Shown here: positions 33,805-34,661 of the stretch, piece by piece
Position numbering within the stretch: the first letter of the stretch is position 1
How the letters are laid out: every line of letters begins with the position of its first letter
Assembly (NCBI GenBank): GCA_023251195.1
Contig: JAHEZG010000003.1
Location: forward strand, 1-34,661
Reading direction: 5' to 3'
Source: Chitinophagaceae bacterium
GTDB lineage: Bacteria; Bacteroidota; Bacteroidia; Chitinophagales; UBA10324
Length of the DNA stretch: 34,661 nucleotides
Made by a program: the position numbers and the translations under genes
The notes under the pieces: generated by a model
Seen by the model: the letters and a program-made list of their open reading frames with translations, nothing else
Database searches by the model: none
Told to the model about the DNA's origin: nothing

Positions 33805-34661
33805 TTAAACTGTAACAGTCTTAGGAACCGGTCTTCCCAATTCCTTCAGCATTCTGTAATGCGAGCGAATGGCATCAGCGAAAGTGCGGTTGTAGTGATA
33901 CGGCACATTATATTCTTTCGCAGTCTGCTGCACAATTTTACTGATGACCGGATAATGAACATGGCAAACTTTCGGAAACAGATGATGCTCCACCTGAAAA
34001 TTTAATCCGCCCACAAACCAGTTGATTATACTGCTGTCCATAGCAAAATTTGCTGTGGTGTGCATCTGATGTATCGCCCAGTTATTGTCAATCACTCCAT
34101 CTTCTTTCGGCATCGGGTAATCAATATCTTCCACCACATGTGCCATCTGAAAAACAATTCCGAGAATCATTCCCGCAGTTAAATAAATGCAGAGGTATCC
34201 AACCAGAAACTGCCACCACGCAAAATGCAGAAACACTAAAGGCAAAACAAAAATGTAGGTATAATAAATTGCCTTCGTAATAAAAAGCATGATCAATTCA
34301 TTGCGCGGATGCTTCTTCACCTTGTAAGGACCAATACTTTCCTGCGAAATCTTTTTAAAGTCTTTAAATATCACCCAGAAGATTACCGCAAAACCATACA
34401 ACAAAAAAGCAGTGAAGTGCTGAATGCGGTGAATCGGTTTCCGCTCCTGATTTGTTGACATCCGAATCGCAGCCGGAAAAACTTCCAGGTCCTCATCGTA
34501 CCCGTGAATGTTTGTGTAAGTGTGATGGATAATATTGTGCGTAATGCTCCATACATATTTGTTTCCTCCAATTAAATTCATTGTTAATCCAAGAGCATAA
34601 TTCAATTTTGAATTAGAAGAATAAGCACCATGAATGGCATCATGCGCAACTGAAAATCCAA
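33805..34661 (-). CDS. Membrane fatty acid desaturase, front-end (QxxHH) type. The 5' end lies outside the window.
   Basis: The frame stays open to the window edge (GFSVAHDAIHGAYSSNSKLNYALG...). His boxes are HDAIH, HNIIHH and QVEHH. Four hydrophobic helices lie between the boxes. Confidence 0.85.
   Translation of the reverse strand, partial: GFSVAHDAIHGAYSSNSKLNYALGLTMNLIGGNKYVWSITHNIIHHTYTNIHGYDEDLEVFPAAIRMSTNQERKPIHRIQHFTAFLLYGFAVIFWVIFKDFKKISQESIGPYKVKKHPRNELIMLFITKAIYYTYIFVLPLVFLHFAWWQFLVGYLCIYLTAGMILGIVFQMAHVVEDIDYPMPKEDGVIDNNWAIHQMHTTANFAMDSSIINWFVGGLNFQVEHHLFPKVCHVHYPVISKIVQQTAKEYNVPYHYNRTFADAIRSHYRMLKELGRPVPKTVTV

Overview
This window looks like an ordinary chromosomal segment of a Bacteroidota-type genome. 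I infer the phylum from T9SS C-terminal sorting domains, a PadR-PspC pair, FtsX followed by a DUF3098-like gene, a long-form PurM, TAnnTTTG-type -7 boxes and the lack of Shine-Dalgarno spacing. Single 60-nt lines that I hand-counted range from about 27 to 48 % GC.

I can support about 30 protein genes, in this order:
- rny (partial), gatB, and two tandem TlpA-like thiol:disulfide oxidoreductases
- a di-haem cytochrome c peroxidase with a downstream beta-barrel protein and a Cys-rich lipoprotein
- a TauE/SafE permease
- a PadR-PspC-small secreted protein operon
- a membrane-anchored hypothetical protein, then a frameshifted lspA
- a four-gene unit: T9SS cargo, ECF sigma, sigma-coupled envelope protein, T9SS cargo
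- hypothetical, DUF3098-like, ftsX, leuS, an AT-rich orphan, and purM
- a TetR-TolC-MFP-RND efflux operon
- a small MazG-like protein, an M14 peptidase and a front-end-type fatty acid desaturase (partial)

I found no rRNA, tRNA, CRISPR array, transposase, integrase or phage genes.

The most system-like candidate is the ECF sigma unit. Its partner protein joins an anti-sigma-like stub and one TM helix to a roughly 235-residue Ser/Asn linker and an outer-membrane-type beta-barrel. It is flanked by two T9SS cargos that share a Cys-framed PKD module.

Smaller items worth a second look:
- a one-base frameshift in an A run of lspA
- two degenerate heptanucleotide tandem arrays just upstream of start codons (tauE and the RND pump)
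- a run of four palindromes, including a perfect 24-mer, in the padR / 11509 divergent region
- a GC-rich palindromic element translated in frame near the N-terminus of the M14 peptidase
- an enlarged, AT-rich leucine-specific domain in LeuRS
- an extra hydrophobic hairpin in the RND permease linker

All functional calls rest on motifs I recognise by eye. No database search was run.
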